A stretch of 64,000 nt of DNA from Monocercomonoides exilis PA203 (lineage: Eukaryota > Protista > Preaxostyla), in assembly GCA_001643675.2 (NCBI GenBank), contig LSRY02000064.1, positions 1-64,000 on the forward strand, given 5' to 3'. Positions within the stretch are counted from its first letter, which is position 1, and each line of letters opens with the position of its first letter. This document shows, piece after piece, positions 38,143 to 50,600 of the stretch. The notes below the pieces were generated by a model that saw only the letters and a list, made by a program, of their open reading frames with translations, was not told where the DNA came from and did not search any database. The position numbers and the translations under genes are program-made.

Positions 38143-38383
38143 TGGGTGATTCTTTTTGAAAAGTCACAAATGTTAAATTTTCAAATAAATCAAAAAATTT
38201 ATATTTTGCTAAATATTTTGTTAACAAATATCAAATTAACTTTAATGAAATCTATTTCTTGATAATGCTATTTCAAACATTCTTGAGGAGATTTGTGAGC
38301 TGAAACAGAAATTTGAGCAAAATGTGAAATTTTTGAAATACATGAAAATTAAACATTTGTGACTTTTCAAAAAGAATCACCCA
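38143..38383. repeat. Imperfect hairpin / MITE-like inverted repeat (~100-bp arms)
   Basis: TGGGTGATTCTTTTTGAAAAGTCACAAATGTT...AACATTTGTGACTTTTCAAAAAGAATCACCCA. Confidence 0.75.
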
Positions 38384-38570
38384 TTTCATAAAAAATAATA
38401 AAGATATAAAAAAATTATGATCAAATAGAAAACATAATAAAAATTTCCTGAAGATCAAAAAAGATTGACAGAAAACCGTTTTGATAGACTCAAAACGGAA
38501 ATTAAGGAAAGAATACGAATAAACTAATACAATACGTATTGATAAGATAAATTCAGATAAGTTCAACTAT

Positions 38571-40921
38571 AGACCTTTGACGATTTAATGTATTCAATTT
38601 TCATAAGTCGATTCTTTTTCACAAAAGTTTTTCATAATACGAATTAGATTCAGAAAATACCGTATTGAATTTCTCACAACCAGTAAAATAAATGTTGGTA
38701 CAATGACCCTTCAAAAAAAACCTCAATTAATGGGTGGTATTGTTTATAACGCTTTTTAGAAGTGAACATCATGTCTCAAATCAACATTGAAAGCATTCTT
38801 GAAAGTGTCGAAATACGTAATGTTTTGCCGAAAACTCTTCAAATCAAAACAGAAAAAGTTCAACGTTCCATCATTGAAATAGCTTGCGAAAAACTTGAAG
38901 ATCCGTCTTACTCATTTTTTCGATTGTCAGGATTTTCAAGAAATGAATTCGATCTTTTGTTATCACAATTGCAAAAAGAATCTCCTCCCCACGGTGGAAG
39001 AGACAGAGCAATTAACACTTTGGAGAAGCATTTGTTTTTGCTTCTGAATTTTTTGCATCATGGTTCACCAACACTCACCTTTTCACTTGCTTCCCCTTTC
39101 TACGATTCTCAGAGTGCGACAAACAGATTGTTACATTCAATAACATCTTCTTTCAAACACCAGTTGGCAGATTTGTTCCTAACATTTCGCAAAGACAGGT
39201 TGGATGAAATGAAGGATGTTGGGATTGTAATAGATTGCACCGTGATTCCTATTTGCAGGCCAGGAGGAAAACTAAAGGAAGGAAAGAAGTTCTATAGTTG
39301 AAAGCATCATTTCTATTGCGTAAAAGTGGAAGTTGGAGTTAATCCAAGGACGGGAACAGCGAGCACAATAAACGAGATTTTCACAGGTTCAACACACAAT
39401 TACAGCGTGTTTAATGAGCATTGTCCAAAGTTCCAGGACAAAATGGAAGGATCGAAAATACTCGCAGATTCAGCTAATGTGGGTGCGAGACCAGAGTCGG
39501 GGGCTATCATTAGCAAACCAGTTGGGACAAAGGAAATTTCATCAAAAAGGGTTATTGTTGAACGTTTTTTAGGAAAACTTAAGACATTATTCTCTGTCTT
39601 TCGTCATCCTTGGCCTTTCGATGTTGAAAAAATCGGAGATAACTTTTTTGTTGCTTGTTGTCTCACTAATTATCACATTCTTCAAAACCCTCTCACTTAA
39701 AAAGACGAAGAAGCAAATCAACGATTTTTGGACAGTTTGGTTTACGATTATTTACAGAAAAAAGAAGCAAAACGGATTGCAAATGAAAGATACAACACTA
39801 AAATCAAAAATAAATTGAATCCTGGAAATATGCCAGCGCCCAGACTATCTTCTCTAGGATCCCAAAGAGAATGTTTACTAATTGAAATATAAAACATAAC
39901 TTTGTTTTTTATTCAAATAAAACATTTTTTGAACATTCACATTAAAGATTTTTTTTTTGTAAATTGATTGTGCAAACACAGAATTTAGTGGCCATTGAAC
40001 ATGCCACAAGCAGAAGAGAAGAAGAAAGAGAACAGCTTGAGAGCCAAAGAGAAGAAGAAAGGGTTTGTTGATTGGAAAGAGAAAGAGAAAGAGAAATTCC
40101 AGATACACAATCAAGTGATCACTCACTTGATTGGTTTCTCCCTAGACAATGGAAATCAACAAACATTTTCTTGCCATCTTCTTCTGCTCCTTTTCCAGTT
40201 TTTCCTGCTTCCTCTTCATCTTCTTCATCAGCTTCTGCGTCTTCATCTTCATCTTCAGCGACTCAAAATACTCAAATTCTGAGTCCGCTTCAATTATTAT
40301 TTAACCAGCGGAATGATTAATTGATATATAAATATAAGCTATTATGAATTTTTCTCTTCAATATCAGTAATAATTAAAACACTTGGTTTTGTTCAAATTG
40401 TTTTTTTTTAATGCATGCTTTTTCTAAACAAAGATCATATAAAATTTTTATGTGAAATTTCTTTCAACTGCTTTGTTGATTAGAAACTTTTTCTCATTAA
40501 AACAATTACTCCAATTTGAAATGATAAAAGTCATTAATATGAAAAAAGGAATTGTCAAAAAAATATGTTTCATTCACATTATTTTTATAATCGATCATGT
40601 TTATTTAGACAAGAAACTTCCAAAACTGCCCATGTAATAATCATCTGAACTTAAACGAATTTCAGTAATCAGTTTAAATGGAAATGAAACACACTTAATA
40701 ACACTAATTCAATCTTATTGTTCGATTCATGTTAAAATTTCTATTAATAACAGCAAGAACAAAACACAAAAAAGTGATCAAATCACTTCCAGAATATGTG
40801 AATTTAAGATCAAAAAAAGATAGATCAAATACCGAATTGAGTACATCAACACTAAATAGAAAAATAGAAAACAAATAGATTGGATCAAAATGAAATTACC
40901 TAATAAATTCGTTAAAAATCT
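38571..40921 (+). mobile_element. PIF/Harbinger-ISL2EU-like (DDE_Tnp_4) element 2
   Basis: Left end AGACCTTTGACGA 200 bp before the ATG at 38771. Imperfect inverted right end TCGTTAAAAATCT. Homologous throughout to element 1. Confidence 0.65.
38771..40320 (+). pseudogene. DDE_Tnp_4 transposase pseudogene (stops at 39299 and 39698) with putative spliced last exon
   Basis: VIDCT, YS*KHH, LADS and VERFLGKLK. Putative intron 39873-39988. The last exon is homologous to that of element 1. Confidence 0.8.
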
Positions 40922-40927
40922 TTTAGC

Positions 40928-42760
40928 TGGTCTTTCAAATATCCGGACATTTTCAAAAAACCGAACATCAGATTTGTTTATGGGCATTCTGATTTGAAAA
41001 TTACAATTCCAACCTTGCGTGACACTTTTTCTCGAAATATATTAAATAATGCAATTTTTAAACAGAGCATTTTTTCATAATCAAGAAAAAATTTTTTTAA
41101 AAAAACATGTAATTAAATATTTGTCAACAATTCAACTAAGTAATTTTTATATATGAAATGAAAAAAAAAAAAAAAATAAAGATAAATTAAAGTGTCATAT
41201 ATGAAGTTAATCCATTTGAAAATGGGGCAAATGGATCGGAAGATAAATAAATTCTTCCACTAAAAGATTCTTTTGTTTTATCCATTAAGAAAGGAGAAAC
41301 AATAACATTGTCAGGTTTTGTTAATGGAAGGGAATCGCACACGAGTTTTTTGTTAAGTGGCCACATTCCTGAATCCCTCCAAGAAGCAATGACTGTTGCA
41401 GGGGACAACGCATGATGCAATGCGATCTGCAGCCTCCTGATAAAATGTGTTCTTCTTCCTTCTGCTGAGTCAATGAAAACATCAGTGTCACTTTCTCCAA
41501 GCTTGCTTTTCAAATTCGCGTTCACATATTTGTCTAACGGTTGAATGAGATGAGATGAATGCGAAGGAGGAAGAGCCAAATCAATTCTATGTTTTGATGC
41601 CAAGCTAATTATGCTTGAAGTTACATGAGAATGAAGGGAGTCCATGTGAATTAACGCATTTGCATATTTTTCTTCAATTGAGCTTCTTCTATATTCGATT
41701 GCTGGAATGATGGAATTACGAAAAATGTATTCAAATCTTTCTTTAGTCATTGAAGCAGTTTCTGCAGGAATAATTAACAATTCTCGACTGTTTGCCATTT
41801 TGTATTCCTTTGGAACATTTTTGCCGGAAAATATCATACATGTCCTTTGGTGAGTTCCGTCTGCAGCAATTACAATCAACAACGATGTATTTTGGGGGTG
41901 CGATTGCTGTCTTTGCATTGGTGCAGGAGCATCAGTTGTTGTTATGACTTTCGGAATTTTTCTCTCTTCGCTTGTAATGTAACATTCATCAAGATTGAAC
42001 ACGAGTTGTGGAAGATAATTATGATCATGATATAGTTTAGCCAATCGATCAAACCATCTTCCAATACACTCTTGAGTGCTGTGAGCAATTCGTGCTGCTG
42101 GAATTTGAACAGGTGTTTTAAATAAGAGATCTTCACTTTTTTTGATAACGTTGTAAGCCCAAGAGCGACAAACTGAATGGTCAATAATTTCCTCTTTTGG
42201 TTTATTTTGAATAAGGCTTGAAGCCTGAAAGATAATTCAAAAATAAAAAAAAAAAAAAAATCAGTTTGAGAAAAAAACAATTTTGTGACAATAAAAAACC
42301 TAAAACAAATAATAACCCAAACCAACAATCGAGCCTCCTTCATTGTTTTGTGTTTATTGTCCCTAGCGGAATTCGAAAGTTCTTCTTTGAATATTGCAGT
42401 TTTTTCTTTGTTCAAAGCAGGAGGCCTGCCTTTAACAAAGCAATCTCTCCCATCTTTGACAGCTTCGATTGCTCTATTGAGAGCGCTTCTGTTTATTAAT
42501 GCGGCCGAAACAATGATGCATTTCTTTATTCCATGATCAATATATATGTGTGCGCATCTTTCGATTTTGTTTTCATAACGACTGAATTCTGCATCTTCAA
42601 GCAACTTAATAACTCTCGAAAAATCATCTTAATAATAATAATGAAGTTTCAAAGCAAAACAAAATTCAAACCATCTCGATCTTCTTCCATGCTCATGGAA
42701 AATAAAACTTTTGATTGATCATAAAATTCCGAATAAACCAAAACAAAATCCAAATAATGG
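40928..42760 (-). mobile_element. pogo-like DD35D element (right end not identified)
   Basis: Left end TGGTCTTTCAAATATCCGGACA followed by a second degenerate unit. Contains the transposase at 41187-42696. Confidence 0.65.
41187..42696 (-). CDS. pogo-like DDE_1 transposase, intron-containing, possibly intact
   Basis: KGRPPAL, QLVFNLDE, IAADG and MDS-(35 aa)-PSHSSHLIQPLD. T-rich intron-like gap at ~42225-42320. Confidence 0.8.
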
Positions 42761-42826
42761 AATAGATCATTTTATTCAGTATTCCCATTAAAAAAACAAA
42801 TAACCGGTTAAATGAAAACCTAGCAA

Positions 42827-42909
42827 GCAAGGATGGCCGAGTCGGTCTAAGGCGCTAGTTTAAGGTACTAGTATCTTCGGATGCGTGGGTTCGAATCCCA
42901 CTCCTTGCA
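42827..42909 (+). tRNA. tRNA-Leu(AAG)
   Basis: GCAAGGA/TCCTTGC acceptor stem, CTAGT-TT-AAG-GT-ACTAG anticodon arm, long variable arm, GGTTCGAATCC. Confidence 0.95.
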
Positions 42910-43906
42910 TATTTATTTTCATTTTTTATAGAACCAATATGAAATTGAGTTTTGGAAAGTTCAATTTATTTGTAAAAAACAAAACTTAGAAAATGTTTAA
43001 ATTTTATTTTGTTTGAAGCATATTGCAAAGTACAAATGGAATATATATTTCCACTTTTTTTAACAAAAACTGGAGTTAAGCATCGTTGAAATTATATTTA
43101 ACCGTGAACATTTTCGTCTTACAAAAAATTATCATTGCAAACATTATAAAAAGATAATGAGTTGGCAAACAAAATTATCGTTATTCGCGATGCAACCTCA
43201 TTCTTTTACAAATGGGTCAGAATTTTTGAATTTATGAAAAATAAAGTGATTTGTTCCAAACTTTAACTGAAATTATATCATTACAAAATTTTCATTACGA
43301 TGCAAAAAAAATACTAAAATTTTATAACTGAGATAAATATTTGAAAGCATTGTGTGGAACAAAATTCTTAAAGCAATAAATTTCGTTCCAAATTGTTAAT
43401 CCTCAATTTTCGATGAGAGGATGTTACAGTTTATTTTCTTTCAAAATTCATTCTTGAATTTTCATTATTTATTCGTTTCATCCATGAAAAATTCAAATCA
43501 GTTTATTTTCAAATATTTTTAATGAAAAAAGAAATAACATGTAACAGAAATTATATCCCTCCACCTTCACTAATAACAAACTATTTCTCTTACAATAATT
43601 TTGAAATTTTTTTCATATTATTTTCTTGTACACAAAAAAGTGCTCACAAAAATTGTACACATCAAAACTTAGCACAAGAACATTACAATATTTAACAATA
43701 TCAATTCAATTAACACCATAACGTTAAAACTCGATTTGCTTCAGATAAAAAAATTTGTTTTGAATCATCAAACATAGATTTTCTTTCTCAATTGTACCAA
43801 AATGCAAAGCAATAACGGATTAATAATTCTTGAGTAAACTATTCTCTTTTTATTTCAGAATATTCTTCAGAATTGCTCCGTAGACATATTTTCCATTTTG
43901 TTAACA

Positions 43907-44443
43907 TCACATATAAAATTCAACTCTTGGATTCCATTTGAATGTATCCACATTTTCTGTAGTAACTTGATGATTTGAAAAAGGAACAGATGTGGAAATT
44001 GGAGTGATAGATGTAACTTGTGCTCCCCATCTGTAAAATGAGATTAGATAAATGAACGATAAATTTAAAAATGCATACGAATTTAAAACCTTTCCTGCTC
44101 TAAAAAACGCAAGGATTTCTTCGATCATCTCCTGATTAAAGAAATATCGTTGCAATATGAAAAGATTTATGAGATCAATAAAAAAACATATATATTTCAA
44201 CTCAAAAACCTTGTTTCCTGAAAAAGTTAAAATAACTTCGTGCTTGTCAGCAACTGAATTTGTTGCACCTCCTCTAATTCCTCTTGCTTGGCACGCCCTT
44301 ATAATTGTCTGAAAATTAGAAATATTATTTTTTAGACCTAAAGTTATAAATTTTTGAATATGCCAATTCTATATTCAGACCTGACGAAACATAACGCCTT
44401 GAACTTTTCCTCTAACGCTAAAAGAAAATAATTCTTCGGACAT
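43907..44443 (-). CDS. Acylphosphatase-like protein, 4 exons
   Basis: Spliced product MSEELFSFSVRGKVQGVMFRQ|TIIRA...GATN...|...WNPRVEFYM contains the acylphosphatase V-x-G-x-VQGV-x-FR motif. Three GT-AG introns. Confidence 0.88.
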
Positions 44444-44632
44444 GATTTATTTTCGTTATCAATATTTTTATTTTGAAAAATTCTTATGAACTGAAAGATA
44501 AATTAAAGTAAATTTGATCAATAACCACAGCAATATTTTGATAAGAATAAAAGCTATATTTATATTCATTGCAAAAGTTATTATAACTATAGTCGAAGAA
44601 TTTTGTGAATATAAGTTGTATCCAACATCTTC

Positions 44633-47600
44633 ATGAACGCAGAACTGTTGAATGTTTATTCTTTAACGTCTTCACCTTTGGATGCATTCTATTGGTGGTG
44701 CTTCGATGATATGATTTCTATGAATCTGACTTTCAAGCCTTTTCTTAAAAAATTTCGTTCTTTATTAAATGATTCAATTATCATGCCTGCTACATTGCGC
44801 TCTAATTCAATATTGCCAAAACCACTTCCATCACCTTTGTTTCCTCCAAAAGCACTAAATCTTCCTTCATTGTTAGTGTTTCCTCCTACATTACCATTTC
44901 CTATCCTTTCTTCTGATCTTCACAGTTCTGGACAACTTATTCTATCAATTTCTCAAACTGACAAAAAAATTCCATTGAATTCTGCTTTCAATTGTAAAAA
45001 ATTTAAACAAGATAATTCTATTGGAAACCCGAATATTCCTTTGTCCTTTTTTGGATTATATCAAAGGCAATCGATCATGTCAAATTTGGATGGATCTTTA
45101 TTGTCAATTTCATTACTTGATATTTTTCATGAGCATCAGAATGAAGATATCGAATTGAAAACTGATGCAACGAGGAACAACGAATTTAATCATCCAGAAT
45201 GCTCCCAAAAATCGCTATCCACTTTATGCCAAGAGTACTTTTTGTTCAGGCAAATTTATACTTCGTCAAATCATCATTCAATCCTTGAGCCTCAACCAAG
45301 CGAGAAAAATATAGTCTCTCATGAATTATCATATACAATTGAAAATTGTAGCAAAATTCCTCCATCCTTTTCTTTAATGAAAAACATAGCAGATCAAATT
45401 CAAAACGATCAGACAACACCAACATATGAGCCGTTCATAATCGATGTGGTCGAATCAGTCTCAACACTTGATGTTCTTTCTTACTTTAAAAGATTCGTTC
45501 AATCCTCCGAAGCTGAGAAATTGCCATCTTCAGACAACAACTCCCTTGTTGTTTCAACGTTTAGCAAATACATAGAAAGTTATGAGGCTCCCCAGGAATC
45601 GTTGCATGCTCATGGCCCATCCAATGCTTCGTATGAATCATTAACAAGCCTTCCGCACATATCATTACCGTCTTCGTCTTCTCCATCGCCTTCCTGCGCA
45701 TCTGTCTTCTCTTCGATCTCAATGCCGCTTATGATGCAGCCGCTGACGCAGTCTTTCCAGCAGATCTTCGCTTCCATCATTCCGCCATCAATTCCTCCCC
45801 CTCTTCCATCACTGTCTCTGACAGCTTCTGCTTCACTTCCATCGCTAGCTCCTTCCGCACAGCACGCTTCATCATCATCGTCATCTTCTTCTTCTTCTAA
45901 TTCGTCATCGTCATCTTCATCAACATCATCACCTTTTTCTTCAACATCATCTCCACTCCAGCAGAAGCACTCAACAGCTGCAAGTGCATCTTCTACCATT
46001 CCATCTCCTCGAATGAAAAAAGGACCTTCCACATCAACATATCCGCCGCCACCACCATCCTCCTCATCCTCATTCTCCTCATCTCCATCCTCTTTTTCTT
46101 CCTCCTCCTCTTCCTCCTCCTCTTCCTCCTCCTCTTCCTCCTCCTCTTCCTCCTCTTCCTCTTCCTCCTCCTCTTCTTCCTCCTCCTCTTCCTTCTCTCT
46201 CTCATCCACCATGACCTCCAACGCCCACTTCACCGTCTCTGCTTCGCTGACGTCCCGCTTCAGCTCGCTGCGGGAGATGCGCTCGCCGCGCGAAACGGGC
46301 CTGTTTGACGGAGAGCACAGCGACATCCACGGCACGATGCGCTGCCAGGCAGTGCTGGACGCTGAAAGGAGCACTCGGCAGCTTGTGTTTGACGACAGCG
46401 AGGAGTGCGAGGGAAGAGAAGGGAGAGAAGGGAGAGAGGGAAGAGAGGGAAGAGAAGAGAGAGAGGGAAGAGAGGGAAGAGAAGAGAGAGATGAGAGGAG
46501 TGAGGGAGAAAGGGAAGAGGAAGGGAGGTACAGCAGATACAGCAGCAGAGGTGCGTGCAGCGGGAGTGAGGGCAACAGCGAGGACGAAGGGATTGTGGAT
46601 GAAACAAGAACACGCTCCAACTCTGCGCTGCCTTCGCCGTCTGTGTCTGGCGTGCTGCAGACACCTCCAAAGCAGAACAGCAGCCAGTCTGCACGTTCTG
46701 ATGCACAGCAGCAGCAGCAGCAGTATCAACAAGGCAGCAACACGCCAAAGAACTCAAATGTGCTGTCCTATTCTGTCGGTGCCACATCCACACAACATGT
46801 GCCGTTTCAGACTAATTCTACGCACACTCCGATATATCCAGACTCTTCATCATTGGCTTGTGCACAGGCAAATGGGTTGTCTCTTCCTTTGTCTCCAACA
46901 TCTGCGTTATCATCATCGTCATCATCATCTTCTTCTTCTTCTTCATCTTGTTCTTCTTCAGCATCATCACAATTATACCCTTCCTCCACAACTCCTCCTT
47001 CTTCTTCCACTTCATCTGCTCCTTCTCTTCTTCCTCTTCCTCCCGTCCCAACATCCACACTCCCCCCTCCTTTCTCCTTCACTGCCCAGTTTGTCCAGTC
47101 CTCATATTCCGCCAGCCGCCCGTTCTATTCTTCTCTTCGGCCGCAGCGCGGATTAAACGGCCTTTCCTCGCTCCCCCTCCCTTCGCTCTCCCCGCTCTCC
47201 TCCTCCTCCCTCTTCCTCTCTGTGCCTCTTGTCTCTGGCGCATACACTCACGCCTTCTTCAGCGAGTGGGCAGCTGAGCGGAGCAAGCTGATGAGGCAGG
47301 ACAGTCACACACGCAGGCTGAGGGCAGACAGACAGCTGGAGACGCTGAGAAGGATGACGCTGATGCGGATGCGAGCAGACGGGAGAGGAGGAGCCTTTGG
47401 CAGCTCGGGTGACCACGAGTACCTCTTCCGCTGGCGCATCGACGAGAACAAAATAAGATCCCTCGCCTCGCAGCCTCCCTCACCGCTGCCGTCGCCTCAT
47501 TTTGTGGGGAAGGCGGGGGAGGCCGGAAAGGAGACGGAGAAGATGGGGACTTCTGATGGAGCGCTTTCTTCTCCAGTGTCTTCGAATAAGAAGCTTTCGT

Positions 47601-50600
47601 TGAATACACCGTCATCATCATCTTCTTCTTCCTCCTCTTCCTCTTCCTCTTCTTCTTCTTCCCACACTTCATCCCCACCATCATCAACAACACCACTTCA
47701 GCCATCGCACTCGAAATCTGCCTCGTGCATTGCATCTTCTGCTGTTCTTTCTGTGTCGACTGCATCCATTTCATTGCTGACAGACAAGATGATACAGACA
47801 CACTTCCCTTTGACACACAAAGCACTCTCAATCATCCTCTCTTCATTCACATCTCAGCAACTCCCTTCGCTTTCCTCTGTCTTCTGCGCTGCTTCTGCTT
47901 CTGCTTCTGCTTCAAACACATCAAAAATATCATTTTCATCATCATCATCTTCTTCTTCCTCCTCCTCCTCCTCTTCTTCTTCTTCTTCAACTCATCTTCC
48001 AACACTTTCTCAACTACACTCCAAATATCTCCCAAATGCTCCAATTGAATCCACATCCAAATACTTTGGCGTGTCTCCATTTGTCACAACAGACACCCTC
48101 TTCCGCCTGCTCATCCCCAGCAACATCATCCAAAGTGTCATCAACCAATCATTTTCTCCTTCTCCTTCTTCTTCTTCTTCTTCTTCTTCTTCTTCTTCTT
48201 CTTCTTCCTCTTCCTCTTCTTCCCTTGCTGACTCCACCGTTTTCCAACCATATCCATCTCATCTGCCTGTCTCTTCTGCTGATGCTATCCATCGCTCCCA
48301 CATAATCGATGCTCGGCTGGCTGCAATGATCATAAGACAGATCCTTCCACTCACTCCCATCTTGTTCGCCTTTGCCAACCACAACACACTCAACACCATC
48401 CCTTCTTCTTCTTCTTCCTCCTCCTCCTCCTCTCCCTCTGCTTCCTCTTCCTCCTCCTCTTCTTCTGCTTCTGCTTCAAGTGCTATTGATTCATCGTCTT
48501 CTGCAGCTTTTTCTGAGCCTGCTGAGTATTTGACACTGAACTCACTCGTTAATTCTCTCTTTCTTGTTTCTGGTTCAAAACCACATTCTCAGACAACTTC
48601 ATCATCTTCTTCTTCTTCTTCTTCCTCTTCCTCTTTCCCAAATTATTCCAACTATTCCTCTTCATCCCACCTTCCACCGTCTCTATCTCCCTCTCCGCTC
48701 GAAAGCTGCTCGTCATTCGCACTCAGCACTGCCCCTTCGCACGTCACCAACTTTCCCCCCAGCTTCATCCACCTCCTCCAAGTTGACAACCCACACTCCC
48801 TTCTCCACTCACCACACTTCGGAATGGTCTTTGCTCGAACAGCTGTCGGCAGACGAGAGCAAACAATTGCTGGCTCCAATGTGCTCTCTTCGCTGTCTTC
48901 TGCATCTGCATCTGCTTCTGCTTCTTCTTCTTCTCTTTTTGGCACACGCAATTTTGCTCCTCTTCTCAATTCATTTCCTTCTTCTTCTTCTTCTTCTTCC
49001 TCTGGTTCTGTTGTCAAGCGCTCTCTTCAGAACAGACGAGGCACAGTTGCCAACGACTCCCGTGGCTATTCGTCTGGTCTGTCGATGATGCTGATGATGG
49101 CTGAAGCAGAGCGCCACGCTGCTCAAAGAAGCAACAAACATCACTCAGACAATATTCACATGGGGAATTTGCCTTATTCTTCTTCTTCTTCTTCTTCTTC
49201 CTCCTCCTCCTCTTCTTCTTCTTCTTCTTCTTCTTCTTCTTCAAAAGGCTTTTCTCAGCCAGGGATTCCGCCAGTGCTGATATCCAACTCGCCACGTGGG
49301 TCTGTTGCTTCTCTGCAGTCGCCTGGCTCAGTCACACCAACAGACACATTCGCCTCAACTTCTCTGTCACCCCGCCGCTCAACAAGCATATCTTCTCCTT
49401 CTTCCCTCGTTTATTCACCTGTTCTGCCGTATGCTCAGCAGCAGATGCCTCCTTCTTTAGCACCTTCTTCTTCCTCTTCCTCCTCTTCTTCTTCCTTTCA
49501 GAACGAGCAGCTTTCCCGCTCTTCTCTTGTGCTGTCGTCTGAGCTGTTTCTGCCAGGCGCTCTGGTTCTGTCTGTTCCACATTGGCAGATCTGCGACGAG
49601 ACAAGGAGGGTGCAGCGGCACATTCTGAAGAGGATCAGGAGAGAAAAGAGAGAAAGAGAGAAAGAGAGGAGGAAGGAGGAGATGCAGAGGGAGAGAGAAA
49701 GAGAGAGAGAGAAGGAGAAGGAGCTTATAGACAGCTCTGAGAGCCACACCACAAACAGCCAGTCTATCCATTCACTGAATAACAATTGGTCAATAAAAGA
49801 GGCAGAAGAGAAGAAGACTGCAATGATAGCAGCTGCTCCATCTTCAGATTCTCAAAGCATCGAAAGCTGTCGCAATCATTCACAGCAATCTTTGTTCAAA
49901 CAGCATGATGAAGTGAAAATGCCAAATAACAGCAAAACAGATGCTGTTGATGTGCCAGTGAAAATCACTGAACAAGATTCAGTTGCTGAGCCTCTGCTGT
50001 TTCTGCATCTGGCACAGACATCTGCTGCACTGTGTTCAGAACAACAGCAACAACAATCACAGTTGGCATCTGAATTTGAGGCACATTCATCAGCCTCCAG
50101 CGACAGCATCTCTTGTTCTTTGCCTGTTGTGGCAGAAAACATGGCGTCTTTTCGTGCTTCGACTTCTTCCACTTCTTCTTCGTGTAAATCACTAAACACT
50201 CAAAGCACCAGCTTCATTTCATCTGACTCGTCTCCTCAGTCCAGTCGTTTGTTTGAGCGTCCTTCTCTGCAAAGGCTGAGGGCGCTTCAAAGCAGAACAG
50301 AAGGAACAGTCCTTGGCGAGCTTATTTCGATTATTGTGCGTCCTCTAATAGAACCCTCCAAAGACAGCTCTTTTGATGCTTCTGTTCCACGCCATTCTGC
50401 TTCTCCTGCACAAATTGCTGCCTCTTCCTCAAAAGCAGAAGAAATGCCATCATCCTTCAAAACACCCAACACTGTTGACACATCCATCAGCCCAAAGCCT
50501 TCTGTTTCACCAGCGTTGCCTTCTTCTCCAATTGAAAGCACAGAACACGATTCGAAACAGCCCGTTTCTCCGTCTGTTCGCTTTGCCGATGCGATTTTTG

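Larger units (their letters stand above)
35707..38565 (+). mobile_element. PIF/Harbinger-ISL2EU-like (DDE_Tnp_4) element 1
   Basis: Left end AGAACTTAAACGA ~200 bp before the ATG. Imperfect inverted right end AAATTCAGATAAGTTCA. Sub-terminal ACCGTATTGA-like motifs. Boundaries approximate. Confidence 0.65.

Noticed and set aside
36843-39700. In-frame TAA/TGA in transposases as evidence of a variant genetic code (as in Streblomastix) or readthrough
   Set aside because: Host genes end properly at TAA/TAG and the 3202-codon Gln-rich ORF has no internal TAR. The stops fall at different codons in the two copies and fit GAA>TAA and GGA>TGA point mutations.
40646-40921. Separate MITE starting TGAACTTAAACGAATTT
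   Set aside because: Its right end is equally explained as the end of DDE_Tnp_4 element 2. It cannot be resolved without other copies.
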